A DNA stretch of 21,274 nt from an uncultured archaeon (GTDB lineage Archaea; Asgardarchaeota; Lokiarchaeia; Sigyniarchaeales; SOKP01): positions 242 through 21,515 of the forward strand of contig CAZGJX010000078.1 of assembly GCA_964525635.1 (NCBI GenBank). Direction: 5' to 3'. Below the pieces are notes generated by a model. It saw nothing but the letters and a program-made list of their open reading frames with translations. It made no database searches and was not told where the DNA came from. Made by a program: the position numbers and the translations under genes. Shown here one piece after another: positions 1 to 9,256 of the stretch; the first letter of the stretch is position 1, and the number at the start of each line of letters is the position of its first letter.

Positions 1-758
1 AAAGCAGATTGTGTCCAAAGCACTAATCTTCCTGATAATCCTCCTGGAGCTAAATCTTCAACTGATAAATTATCAATTGTTACAATGTCTACTCCCGGAA
101 TATTTCTTCCCGCTTTTACAATTCCAAAGTCTTCCTTTATTACAATTAAGACTCCTTTATAATTTTTGTATTTTCTTCCTCTTCTCTTCCCCTTTCCTGC
201 TCTAACTTTCTTGTTCTTTTTCTTTACTTTTGATAAATCATCGTTTAATCCCAATTCATTCAAAATTGAGAAAATCTTTGATGTTTGTTTTATTGTTTGT
301 ATTTTATCATTTATAACTAATGGAACTTCTGTAATATGATCGACTAAATGACCTCTTAATTTTATCCATTCTAGATTTCCACTGGCAGAGATAGCTGATG
401 CTAATGAGATTTTATTGACTGCTTTGTTAATCTTCTTATTTAGATTTTTTTCAACTTTTATTGGGTGAGCACTGCGCCCTCCTTTTGCATAAGGGACTCT
501 CCCTACATTACGTGCAGTAGAGAAACCAGATCCTTTTATTCTTGGTGCTCTTGACATTCCATGACCCGTTCCCCACCCCTCAGCCACGTTCCGAAGTCCT
601 GCTCTCTTATTGCGACCTTGAGGTTGTATTCTATGACATTGTGCAACTTCGACTGCCTTCTTAATTAAATCCTTTCTAGGTCTTAAATTGAAGATTTTAG
701 GTCTCTCAATTAATTCTATTTTATTCCCTTTTAAATTATATATATTTACTTTATCCAT
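1..758 (-). CDS. rpl4: 50S ribosomal protein L4 (uL4/L4e), 3' end runs off the window; not in the ORF track
   Basis: Manual translation from ATG at 758: MDKVNIYNLKGNKIELIERPKIFNLRPRKDLIKKAVEVAQCHRIQPQGRNKRAGLRNVAEGWGTGHGMSRAPRIKGSG...GRVPYAKGGRSAHP, typical archaeal/eukaryal uL4 motifs. Lies directly downstream of rpl3, the canonical order. Confidence 0.96.
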   Translation of the reverse strand, partial: MDKVNIYNLKGNKIELIERPKIFNLRPRKDLIKKAVEVAQCHRIQPQGRNKRAGLRNVAEGWGTGHGMSRAPRIKGSGFSTARNVGRVPYAKGGRSAHPIKVEKNLNKKINKAVNKISLASAISASGNLEWIKLRGHLVDHITEVPLVINDKIQTIKQTSKIFSILNELGLNDDLSKVKKKNKKVRAGKGKRRGRKYKNYKGVLIVIKEDFGIVKAGRNIPGVDIVTIDNLSVEDLAPGGLSGRLVLWTQSA

Positions 759-779
759 TTAACTTCACTTTTCCTTATA

Positions 780-1799
780 CTACTTGCGTTGTTGACTTTC
801 CCTATTTATAAATATAATTTCTGGTGTCTTAATGTCAAATGATTTAACAGGTCTTATTGTTTTCCTTATTCTAATTAATCTCTTTTTAGGACCTGGAATC
901 GAACCTAAGACTAAAATATAATCTCCGCTTATTTTTCCATATTTAATAAACCCGCCCTTTGGGTTTATTTCCTCTTCATTTTCTCCTATGAGCATAATTC
1001 TTTTGTGGTATTCAGTTCTTTGGTGAAATCCTAATTGTCCAGGACGAGGAACTGTATAACTAACTCTTGCAGGATGCCATGCTCCTATGCATGCAACGGT
1101 TCTCCTTATTTTGCTATTTTTCCTGGTCAATATTTTAATACCATGTCTTTTTACTGGGCCTTGAAATCCTTTTCCTTTAGTAACTGCGATTACATCAATT
1201 AGATCTCCTTCCTTTAACATATCACGAATCCGGATTTCTTTTCCTAATAACTTTAAACCATATTTAAATTCTTTTTCAGGATCATTGGTAGAGTTTACTT
1301 TAATTTCAATTATATCTGGTTTTTTTCGAGGTAATGAAGTTTTATATGGTTGCGTTTGAAAAATCCCTCTAATTTCACTAGTTTTATTAATCTTTTTTAA
1401 AAGTTCTTTTTGTATATTCTTAAAATCATAGTTTTCCATTTTAGGAGGATTTAATGTTCTATGTAAATTTTCATTGAATTTCCGAGAAAAGAGTTCCCCA
1501 ATGACGTATTTACCATAATCATCTTCATTATAGATTCTAACACCAATTAATAATAGAGGAGGGGTTTCAATTACACTAACTGGTTTCATAAGTTCTTTCC
1601 CATAATAAGGGCTATTTTCTTGATCTTCTATATATGTGATATGTGTCATACCTGCTTTAAATCCAGCAAAACCAAGAAAATTAACATCTTCATCATCATC
1701 TAACCAATTTCTAATTCTACCTTTAATATTAGCAGCTCTTTTTCTTGGAAGATAAGCTAAAGAGCCATGTCTTGGTGCTGATTTTTTACGATGTCCCAT
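780..1799 (-). CDS. rpl3: 50S ribosomal protein L3 (uL3)
   Basis: Motifs APRHGSLAYLPRKRA, FAGFKAGMTH, TKGKGFQGPVKR, GAWHPARV, GQLGFHQRTE, GSIPGPKKRLI. ATG at 1799 (MGHRK) is preferred over the ORF-track GTG at 1808. Confidence 0.97.
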   Translation of the reverse strand: MGHRKKSAPRHGSLAYLPRKRAANIKGRIRNWLDDDEDVNFLGFAGFKAGMTHITYIEDQENSPYYGKELMKPVSVIETPPLLLIGVRIYNEDDYGKYVIGELFSRKFNENLHRTLNPPKMENYDFKNIQKELLKKINKTSEIRGIFQTQPYKTSLPRKKPDIIEIKVNSTNDPEKEFKYGLKLLGKEIRIRDMLKEGDLIDVIAVTKGKGFQGPVKRHGIKILTRKNSKIRRTVACIGAWHPARVSYTVPRPGQLGFHQRTEYHKRIMLIGENEEEINPKGGFIKYGKISGDYILVLGSIPGPKKRLIRIRKTIRPVKSFDIKTPEIIFINRESQQRK

Positions 1800-1994
1800 A
1801 GTTTTCACTTAGATTTTAGAATTAAAAATATTTTAAATTAAATAAATTTTTTGATAGGTTATAAACGTTATAAAAAATAGTTAAAACTACTAATATTAGC
1901 AAAAAAACTATCATTATAAAATAGTCTTCTAAATTTCCTAGAGATTAACTTTTAATACGTGGAATTTAAAACTTAATTTTATAATATAAAGTAT

Positions 1995-4175
1995 ATGGAT
2001 TTGAGTGTAAAAAGGAATAATGATTTTCAAGGAGAAAGATTAATTAAATCATCTGATAATCTCTTATCTATTAATTGTGAAAAATGTAAAAATTTAGAAA
2101 AAGATATCTATAAAGACAACTGTATTTCTTGCGTATCAGAGTTTTTATACAAAAACCAAAAGAGAAAAATATATTCAATTCAATTGGAAACATTCAATTC
2201 TATTGTAAATAAAAATAAAATCTCTTTCTTTCTTGAATATCATGATTTTTTAGAAAGAATAAAAAAAATTTTAAAAAAAATTAGAAATCAAAGAAATAAA
2301 TGTTATTATAATGATTTAAAATGTCCAATCTTTTCAGAAGCATTACACAATTTAAATAAAAAGATAGATTTATACAATCCAATTTCATTTTACAAATTAA
2401 TAAGAGATTATAATTCAAATTTAATTAATATCAAAACTAAAAATCAATGTTTAAAGTGTTTTTTAAAGATATCTGAAAATCTAAAGTATTTAAACAGTAT
2501 TCTATCTAACCTAAGAATTATAAATAAATATAATAACTTCAATAAGAAGAGAGATTTATTTAAAAATTATTCTAATTTTTATGAGTATTTCTTCTCAGAT
2601 ATATTTATTTCAAAAGAAAAAAAACCTATTTTTTTGACAAATATATTGAAAAAATGGAAATTAATTAAAAGTTATGATATTGAAAAATATAATTTATATA
2701 GATGTGATATCTTTAAGATTAAAAATGAAGTAGAAAATATCTATACAATAAAAATCTTTTTTGAGAAATCTTCCAAGAATGACTTCTATAATGGAATTCT
2801 TAATGATACTTATAATCATTTACGTTTAGCAAACATAAATCAGATTATTTCTATTGAGAAATTAATAGATTTTTATCATAATGAAGCAGTAAAATTCATT
2901 GATCAAAAATATAGATTGTCAAATATAAATAAGCATAGTATTGGATTATTGGTTGCAATTAAAATAATAAATTTAGAAAAAATCTTTCCATTATTGATTG
3001 ACGATTATATTGAAGAAATATTTTTAGATTCTCCTCTTGAGAAGATTTATATTAATCATCAAAAATTCGGTCGATGTAGAACATTAATTACACTTAAAGT
3101 TCAAGAAATAGAGCGATTAAAAACATTATTTAGACTTTATAGTGGCCAAAGACTTGATCACTCAAATCCAAGTATAAAATTGGTAATTAAAAATAAATTT
3201 TTTTATTGTAGATTTGCAGTTGATATCAAACCAATTAATTTTCAAGACTTTTCATTGGATATAAGAAAATTAAATAAAAATATCTTTACAATTCAAGATT
3301 TATTAAAAAATAATACTTTAAATCCAAAAATGACCGCCTTTTTATATTTATGTATATTAAAACAGGTTAATATCACAGTCACAGGTACAACAGATTCAGG
3401 TAAGACAACTTTAATTAATGCATTAGATCTTTTGGCACCTAAAGAATTTAGAAAAATATATGTTGAAAATGTCGTTGAATCTCTTGATGAAATTGAGTTT
3501 GGAAAACATCAATTGAAATATAAAGTAGATTCCTCAGAAGATTTAGTTAAATCAATCAATACAAAAAGTGGGCTAATAAAAAAATTATTACATAGAACAC
3601 CTGATTTAATTTATTTAGGGGAAATATTGACTGAAGAAGAATCAAAAGCAATGTTTCATTGTTTAGCTGCGGGATTAAAAGGTTTTCAAACAATTCATGC
3701 TAATGACATTGATTCATTGATAAATAGATTTATCTATCATTTTCAGATTAATAAAGTGTGTCTAAATGATTTGGATCTGATAATACTTATGAAAAAAAAT
3801 AGAAATAATAGTCGAAAGGTGTTTTCAATCAATGAAATTGTTCTAAATGATGGTAAAGTTACTTTTTATCCTATTTTTCAATTTAATCCTAAAAGAAATG
3901 ACTGGGATCAATTAAAATCTTTATATTCGACTAAAATAATTAAAAAATTAGCTAAATTTGAGTATCAAAATAAAGAGGATTTTGAATGTTTAATTGAAAT
4001 ATATACTAAAATATTTAGCTTTTTAGGGAATGAAAAAAAATTCAGGAATGTAAAATTAATCAAATTCTTTGATAAAATATCTTATATCTCATATGATTCT
4101 ACTTCTCATCTAGAAGAATACTTACATAAAATGCTATCTTCTCAGAAAAATATGACTCCCGTTAGAAATAAATAA
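1995..4175 (+). CDS. Type IV pilus/type II-IV secretion ATPase (VirB11/CpaF/TadA/ArlI family) with a Cys-rich N-terminal extension
   Basis: PLLIDDYIEEIF motif, SLDIRK, Walker A GTTDSGKTT, Asp-box-like YVENVVE, Walker B region PDLIYLGE, His box TIHA..IDSLINR. The N-terminus has CEKC, CISC, C-x6-C and CLKC. Confidence 0.9.
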   Translation: MDLSVKRNNDFQGERLIKSSDNLLSINCEKCKNLEKDIYKDNCISCVSEFLYKNQKRKIYSIQLETFNSIVNKNKISFFLEYHDFLERIKKILKKIRNQRNKCYYNDLKCPIFSEALHNLNKKIDLYNPISFYKLIRDYNSNLINIKTKNQCLKCFLKISENLKYLNSILSNLRIINKYNNFNKKRDLFKNYSNFYEYFFSDIFISKEKKPIFLTNILKKWKLIKSYDIEKYNLYRCDIFKIKNEVENIYTIKIFFEKSSKNDFYNGILNDTYNHLRLANINQIISIEKLIDFYHNEAVKFIDQKYRLSNINKHSIGLLVAIKIINLEKIFPLLIDDYIEEIFLDSPLEKIYINHQKFGRCRTLITLKVQEIERLKTLFRLYSGQRLDHSNPSIKLVIKNKFFYCRFAVDIKPINFQDFSLDIRKLNKNIFTIQDLLKNNTLNPKMTAFLYLCILKQVNITVTGTTDSGKTTLINALDLLAPKEFRKIYVENVVESLDEIEFGKHQLKYKVDSSEDLVKSINTKSGLIKKLLHRTPDLIYLGEILTEEESKAMFHCLAAGLKGFQTIHANDIDSLINRFIYHFQINKVCLNDLDLIILMKKNRNNSRKVFSINEIVLNDGKVTFYPIFQFNPKRNDWDQLKSLYSTKIIKKLAKFEYQNKEDFECLIEIYTKIFSFLGNEKKFRNVKLIKFFDKISYISYDSTSHLEEYLHKMLSSQKNMTPVRNK

Positions 4176-4494
4176 GTATTGAAGAACTAAAATTTTGATA
4201 ATTTATCATAGATATGCAAACCTAAAGGATTTCTTCTAAAAAAAAAGGATTATTATTTGTGATTATTAGATTCAGATTAACTTGGATTTCAAAATCTTTT
4301 TTTAGAGAAATTTAAATTTCCTTTCAAATCAATCTACTAAAATTGAGGATTATAATTAAATTCTTCACTAAAATTTATTTTTAGACCGATAGTTAAGAGA
4401 TTAGAAAACTCTAAGAAAACTTACTTCCTTAGAAGCAGTAATTATAAATTTAAAATAACTTGGGATTTTTAATCTTTAACATATATTTATTGTT

Positions 4495-4914
4495 ATGACA
4501 AATTTAGTTGAAAAATTATTAATCACAGGTTTTGGAATCTTTATTTTAATCTCGTTTCTATTTATTATATCGCCTTTCACAGATTTAATTAATGAATATG
4601 ATGATTCTCATGAAAAACTTGATAAAATATTAACAAACATTAATGATATAGATCAATCTATTGAATATATTTCAATCTATCATAACGAATCATATTTTAA
4701 AGAAATAGAAACATATACTAACTTTAATATAACTATTATGGAATACAAGATTCAGTATAATTTTATATTGAATCAAGAATGGAGATGTGTATTTTCTAAT
4801 TATAAAATTAGATTAAGTATCAATAATTTTCAATTAATTTCTGAAAAAAAATATCTTCTTAATCTTTCATATAAGGATTCTCTGATAGATATTAATTTTA
4901 TTCTCATAGAGTGA
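4495..4914 (+). CDS. Small protein with an N-terminal hydrophobic helix; candidate pilin/minor pilin-like subunit
   Basis: MTNLVE-KLLITGFGIFILISFLFII: an early Glu plus hydrophobic helix, then an amphipathic helix and a beta-rich C-terminus. Lies between the ATPase and platform genes, 4 nt upstream of the latter. Confidence 0.5.
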   Translation: MTNLVEKLLITGFGIFILISFLFIISPFTDLINEYDDSHEKLDKILTNINDIDQSIEYISIYHNESYFKEIETYTNFNITIMEYKIQYNFILNQEWRCVFSNYKIRLSINNFQLISEKKYLLNLSYKDSLIDINFILIE

Positions 4915-4918
4915 TAAT

Positions 4919-6451
4919 ATGACATTTACTTCACTTTATCTAAAATTTTGTAGACACTTTAACTCACAAAAGTTACCTAAAATACAATTTAAAGAGTTAA
5001 ATACACATTATAAGAAATTATATAATCATAAATATAAGATTAATGATGATAATATAAATAAGGCTTCTTTTACAATTTGTATATTGATATTTACATTCAT
5101 CTTTGTTTTTTCATTTTTATTTCTAAAATTACATATTTTAATCATTACATTTTATTCAATTATTATTTCTTTAATTATAACCTATAATTTTAATTTATTT
5201 TTATATAAAAAAATAAAGAAAGCAGAAAAAATCTTAAATTCATTATTATATTTTATTAAAATAGATTTTTCTCTAATTCAAAAAACAGGAAAATCTTATA
5301 CAGATAACTGTTTAAATTTTATTAATTTAATGATAAATTATAATATAAGTATTTCAAAAGAATTTAAGAAAATCCTATCAAAGATACATTGTGGATATTT
5401 ACCTGAATTAGAATTAAATAATTATATCTATCCTTCTAAAGATTTTATTGATTATATAAATAATTTACTAATAAATGATTTTCAATCAGAATATGATTCA
5501 AATGAATATTTATCTCATACATTAGAAGAAAATTTTAAAGTCTATTTAAAACAGATAAGCACAAAACTAAGTATTATCTTTTTTGTGGGTATTTTTTTTC
5601 CTATTGGATTTTGTTTTTTACTTTTGTTATTATCCTTAAATAAAATCATAATTATTATCTTTGTTCCTATACTAATTCTATTATTAAATTATTTATTCAA
5701 AAAATTCATAGATATCAATCATTACCTAGTTGGTTTTATTAAAAGTGATTCAAATCTTGAAAAAAAGAAACTTGATGAATTCTTAGTTCTAATAGAAAGT
5801 TTTGCTTTTAATCTTAAAAAAAATATTTCTCCTGAACAAGCTTTCATTAAAGCATATATTAAAGAAAGAGAACATATTCCAATTTTATATGAATTATTAG
5901 AATATGAAATTAGTTTTTTCTTAAATGGTCTTTATAATTTTACTGAAATATTACAAACTTTTAAAAAAAAATTAAAATCTTATAGGTATATCACTATTAT
6001 AAATTCAATCATTAATATGCTAAAAGAAAATGCTTATCTCAGTTCAAATAAAATAATAGAAATTGTCAAGGTTTTAAATAAACATAAAAAACTAGAAAAA
6101 AAATTAGATATAATAATTAAAGGTGAAAAATTTAAAGTATTTCTATTTTTATTTATACTCCCAATTACTACAGGAACAATAGGAGCATTATTACCCTTTC
6201 TACCTGAAATTTCTCAATCTCTATTATTTTTAGATCATATAAATGATCCGATTCTATTTCTGAAATCCTTAGATATTATTGATCTTTTCTTAATTTTATT
6301 TATACTTCTAATCAGCAATATAATTTCTTCATATTATTTTTTAAAAATTATAAGTTTTCATTATAAATCCTTTTTATTAATAATTTCTGGAACAATATTC
6401 TTATTAACTTTTTCTCTTTCGATTTTAAATATAGCTAATTTTATTATATGA
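4919..6451 (+). CDS. Polytopic membrane platform protein, TadB/TadC/GspF (T2SSF, ArlJ-like) type
   Basis: Repeated pattern of TM pairs alternating with helical cytoplasmic domains. The segment 'EFLVLIESFAFNLKKNISPEQAF' resembles the T2SSF domain start. Next to a CpaF-type ATPase. Confidence 0.75.
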   Translation: MTFTSLYLKFCRHFNSQKLPKIQFKELNTHYKKLYNHKYKINDDNINKASFTICILIFTFIFVFSFLFLKLHILIITFYSIIISLIITYNFNLFLYKKIKKAEKILNSLLYFIKIDFSLIQKTGKSYTDNCLNFINLMINYNISISKEFKKILSKIHCGYLPELELNNYIYPSKDFIDYINNLLINDFQSEYDSNEYLSHTLEENFKVYLKQISTKLSIIFFVGIFFPIGFCFLLLLLSLNKIIIIIFVPILILLLNYLFKKFIDINHYLVGFIKSDSNLEKKKLDEFLVLIESFAFNLKKNISPEQAFIKAYIKEREHIPILYELLEYEISFFLNGLYNFTEILQTFKKKLKSYRYITIINSIINMLKENAYLSSNKIIEIVKVLNKHKKLEKKLDIIIKGEKFKVFLFLFILPITTGTIGALLPFLPEISQSLLFLDHINDPILFLKSLDIIDLFLILFILLISNIISSYYFLKIISFHYKSFLLIISGTIFLLTFSLSILNIANFII

Positions 6452-6455
6452 GATT

Positions 6456-6752
6456 TTAAGAAAAAAAAATGAGATAAACTAATTGAATTAACAATATTAA
6501 TCCTATAAAAATGTATATTGAAAAACAAGTATAATAGATAATATTATATATCTCTAAATAAATTTGTAGTTCTAGTATGAATAATCTAAAATTCTCAAAA
6601 ATAAGCAATAAAGGTATTAATAAGATTAAATAAATAGAACAACAGATCATTGTGTTTAAAAAATCAGAGGAAATTAATGAATATGCAAAAATAAGGATAC
6701 TCGTTGAAATAACAAGAAAAATTTCTAAAATAAATAAATCGAACTGAATCAT
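6456..6752 (-). CDS. Small hypothetical membrane protein (~3 TM helices)
   Basis: 98-aa highly hydrophobic ORF filling the gap, convergent on the platform gene. Confidence 0.55.
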   Translation of the reverse strand: MIQFDLFILEIFLVISTSILIFAYSLISSDFLNTMICCSIYLILLIPLLLIFENFRLFILELQIYLEIYNIIYYTCFSIYIFIGLILLIQLVYLIFFS

Positions 6753-6912
6753 TCATATTAACTTTAGTAGATTTCTATATAAATACCATTATTTTTATGA
6801 AAGAAATTGAAAAATTAATATTCATTAATAATTTATATTTACAAATATTTATTATTCTGAATTTATTATTGATAAATTAGGAATTTAAGGTCTTTATACT
6901 AAAGAGAGAATC

Positions 6913-7401
6913 ATGAAAAATTTTAAATTAAAAGGTTTGAAATATAAAAAAGGAAAGTATGATTTATATAATGATAGATTTGTTTTTTTCCCACCAAAAC
7001 TAATAGATATTTTATCTTCTATTTATGGAGAAGGAGCAAAATCATTATTGGTATGGTTAGGTAAGAAAGCGGGGTGGACATTAATTCAAAATTGGGATGA
7101 TGTTTTAACACCAAAAACCGTAGAAGATTTGGTTAATCAATTTACAGAACTATTAAGTAATTTAGGATGGGGAAAATTTACAGTAAGAAATCTTTCTGAA
7201 GATTCTATCACGATTAGACTTCAACATAATATATCCTCTGAATTAGAAAGTGAATCAAAGTATATATGTTATTTTATTACGGGAATTCTAACGGGATTGG
7301 GAGAATTTACCTTATATAGAGTAAATACAACTGAAACTAATTGCTGCTTTGAAGGTGGTAAGAGTAAATTATGTGAATTTAAAATCACTAAATTATCTTA
7401 A
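6913..7401 (+). CDS. V4R (4-vinyl reductase) domain protein, Bet3/TRAPP-related fold
   Basis: LLVWLGKKAG, LGWGKF, CYFITGILTG, ETNCCFEG..LCEFKI: the Cys/Gly pattern of V4R domains. Confidence 0.85.
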   Translation: MKNFKLKGLKYKKGKYDLYNDRFVFFPPKLIDILSSIYGEGAKSLLVWLGKKAGWTLIQNWDDVLTPKTVEDLVNQFTELLSNLGWGKFTVRNLSEDSITIRLQHNISSELESESKYICYFITGILTGLGEFTLYRVNTTETNCCFEGGKSKLCEFKITKLS

Positions 7402-7409
7402 TTATAGAA

Positions 7410-7781
7410 TTACCAGGGGTCCCAATCTTTTGGATTTAAATCATCTTCTTCAGTATTTTCATACGTTTTTTTATTAGATTTTGAATTGAAATATGAACCA
7501 GCATCACTATCTTGATTACTATTCAAAGTCAGATTAAACTGATCTTCTGCAACACCTGAAAGTTCTCCTATGACAACATCTTTAAAAGCAGAAATTAGAG
7601 AAAGAAAGTTGAAAAATTCTTCTTTATTCATCTCCACCTCTGTTTTTTCTCCCTCATTCATAATAGCAAACTTAACAAGTCTAACTTCTCCACTTATTTC
7701 AACTGAAGTTAATTGAATTATGTGATTTTCTTTTTTTAATTGGATTTTCCAAGAAGTCTCTCTTTTTTTTTCAATCTCCAT
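7410..7781 (-). CDS. Hypothetical protein; putative PC4/PUR-like beta4-alpha domain with an acidic tail
   Basis: Four beta-like segments, then helix NKEEFFNFLSLISAFKDVV, then a low-complexity acidic tail ending EEDDLNPKDWDPW. The fold is inferred. Confidence 0.6.
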   Translation of the reverse strand: MEIEKKRETSWKIQLKKENHIIQLTSVEISGEVRLVKFAIMNEGEKTEVEMNKEEFFNFLSLISAFKDVVIGELSGVAEDQFNLTLNSNQDSDAGSYFNSKSNKKTYENTEEDDLNPKDWDPW

Positions 7782-7954
7782 TAAAGAATCACATTATATA
7801 ATAAATAAAAATCTATTAATTAAAAGAAAATTATTAAATTTAAAATTTTATTTCTCTTTATACTATTAAAAAAAAAAAAAAATTAAAAAAATTAGATTTA
7901 AATTAAAATCAATTGAAGAAATAGATTAATTGACTTCTAAGTATCTTACTCTTT

Positions 7955-8272
7955 TTATAATATTTTTTCAAGGAAAAAATCCTGAATAAAATTAGTTAAT
8001 TTATCGTCTCTGATAATTTTCTGTAAAAAAGAATTAATATCTTTTATATTTAATTCCTCTATCAATTTGCTGAGGATGTCTTGAATGGGCTTATTTTCAT
8101 AAAATCTTTTATTAAAAGATATTTTTTGACCAACTAGACCTTGGAAATTTGAATTATTAAGAATTAAATTAAATTTATTAAATATTAATTCGTATTCCTT
8201 ATCATCTAAATTAATATCTCTAAAAAAATCCAGTGATTTTCTTAGATCTTCCTTCTTAATCATATCATTCAT
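7955..8272 (-). CDS. Hypothetical protein (105 aa, helical)
   Basis: Codirectional ORF 49 nt downstream of the peptidase. No recognisable motif. Confidence 0.6.
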   Translation of the reverse strand: MNDMIKKEDLRKSLDFFRDINLDDKEYELIFNKFNLILNNSNFQGLVGQKISFNKRFYENKPIQDILSKLIEELNIKDINSFLQKIIRDDKLTNFIQDFFLEKIL

Positions 8273-8321
8273 TTAGTTATATTTGATTGAATTGATTAAA
8301 TATATATTTAAAGAAAAATAT

Positions 8322-8981
8322 TTAAAATCCCCCAAAAAAAAGCATAGTAATATATACAATAGTAATGATAAATATTAAGGGTGGACGATTATGAATTAAT
8401 AATTGGATCTTTTTTTCTTTTGATTTATGTATAGAAGAATTTAGAAGAAATTTTTCTATTTTTAATAAACTATTAAATTGGTAAAACGCTTTTAGGAAAA
8501 GTCTTCTTAAAATTGTATTTTTGGATAATTTACTAATGAATTCATCAAAAAAAAAACCCTTTCCTGATATATTATCAACAAGGAATTGGAATAAAAAGTA
8601 TAGAATAAAACCTAATGAAAATAATAAATAGAAGAGAGAGATATGTAAAAACTTTAGATATTTTAAAGGATGAATTAAAAAAATAATGATAATTACTTTT
8701 CCATCGGCACCTCCAATGATTTTAAAAATAAATAGGAAAAATGATATAAAAAAAACGACTATTAAAACCAATAATTTAATTCCTAAGAAATGAAATAAGT
8801 TATTATTTAAAAAAAAAAAAAATTCAAAAAATAGTGTAAAAATAGCTATAGTGATAAATATTTTAAATATTTTCAAGGATACGGTTCTATTTTTTAAATC
8901 AAAAAAAGAACTAATTATTAATATTAAGATTATTATCCCAAAATTAAATGAACATATTAGAATTTTTATAGATTCTCCCAT
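8322..8981 (-). CDS. Prepilin/prearchaellin peptidase (A24, PibD/ArlK-like GxGD-type aspartic protease)
   Basis: Both catalytic Asp motifs are present: SFFDLKNRTV and IIGGADGK. Multiple TM segments; C-terminal PLIFIIT motif. Confidence 0.9.
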   Translation of the reverse strand: MGESIKILICSFNFGIIILILIISSFFDLKNRTVSLKIFKIFITIAIFTLFFEFFFFLNNNLFHFLGIKLLVLIVVFFISFFLFIFKIIGGADGKVIIIIFLIHPLKYLKFLHISLFYLLFSLGFILYFLFQFLVDNISGKGFFFDEFISKLSKNTILRRLFLKAFYQFNSLLKIEKFLLNSSIHKSKEKKIQLLIHNRPPLIFIITIVYITMLFFGGF

Positions 8982-9256
8982 ATTTTTATAAATTTTTTTA
9001 AATATCTTGCTTTAATATTCTCCGATTTATATCGGTAGATTTTAATTCGCCCAAAAATCTTTTCTTGCACTAAATTAACTAATTTTAAATAATTTAAATG
9101 TTTTAGAACAATTTTATGATTTAATCTTGTCCTTTTTATTATTGAAGAAATATTTAATTCATTATATCTCGCTAAGAGCTTTAATATTTTTATTCTAGCT
9201 CGTGATCCTAATAAATCTTCGATTCGATTTACATTAATGATATTACTTTCATTCAT
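8966..9256 (-). CDS. ArsR-like winged helix-turn-helix protein
   Basis: LLGSRARIKILKLL...ELNISSIIKRTRLNHKIVLKHLNYLKLVNLVQEKIFGRIKIYR. Its start overlaps the cdc6 stop (ATGA). Confidence 0.88.
   Translation of the reverse strand: MNESNIINVNRIEDLLGSRARIKILKLLARYNELNISSIIKRTRLNHKIVLKHLNYLKLVNLVQEKIFGRIKIYRYKSENIKARYLKKFIKIWENL

Noticed and set aside
11-205. 64-aa + strand ORF
   Set aside because: Antisense shadow of rpl4.
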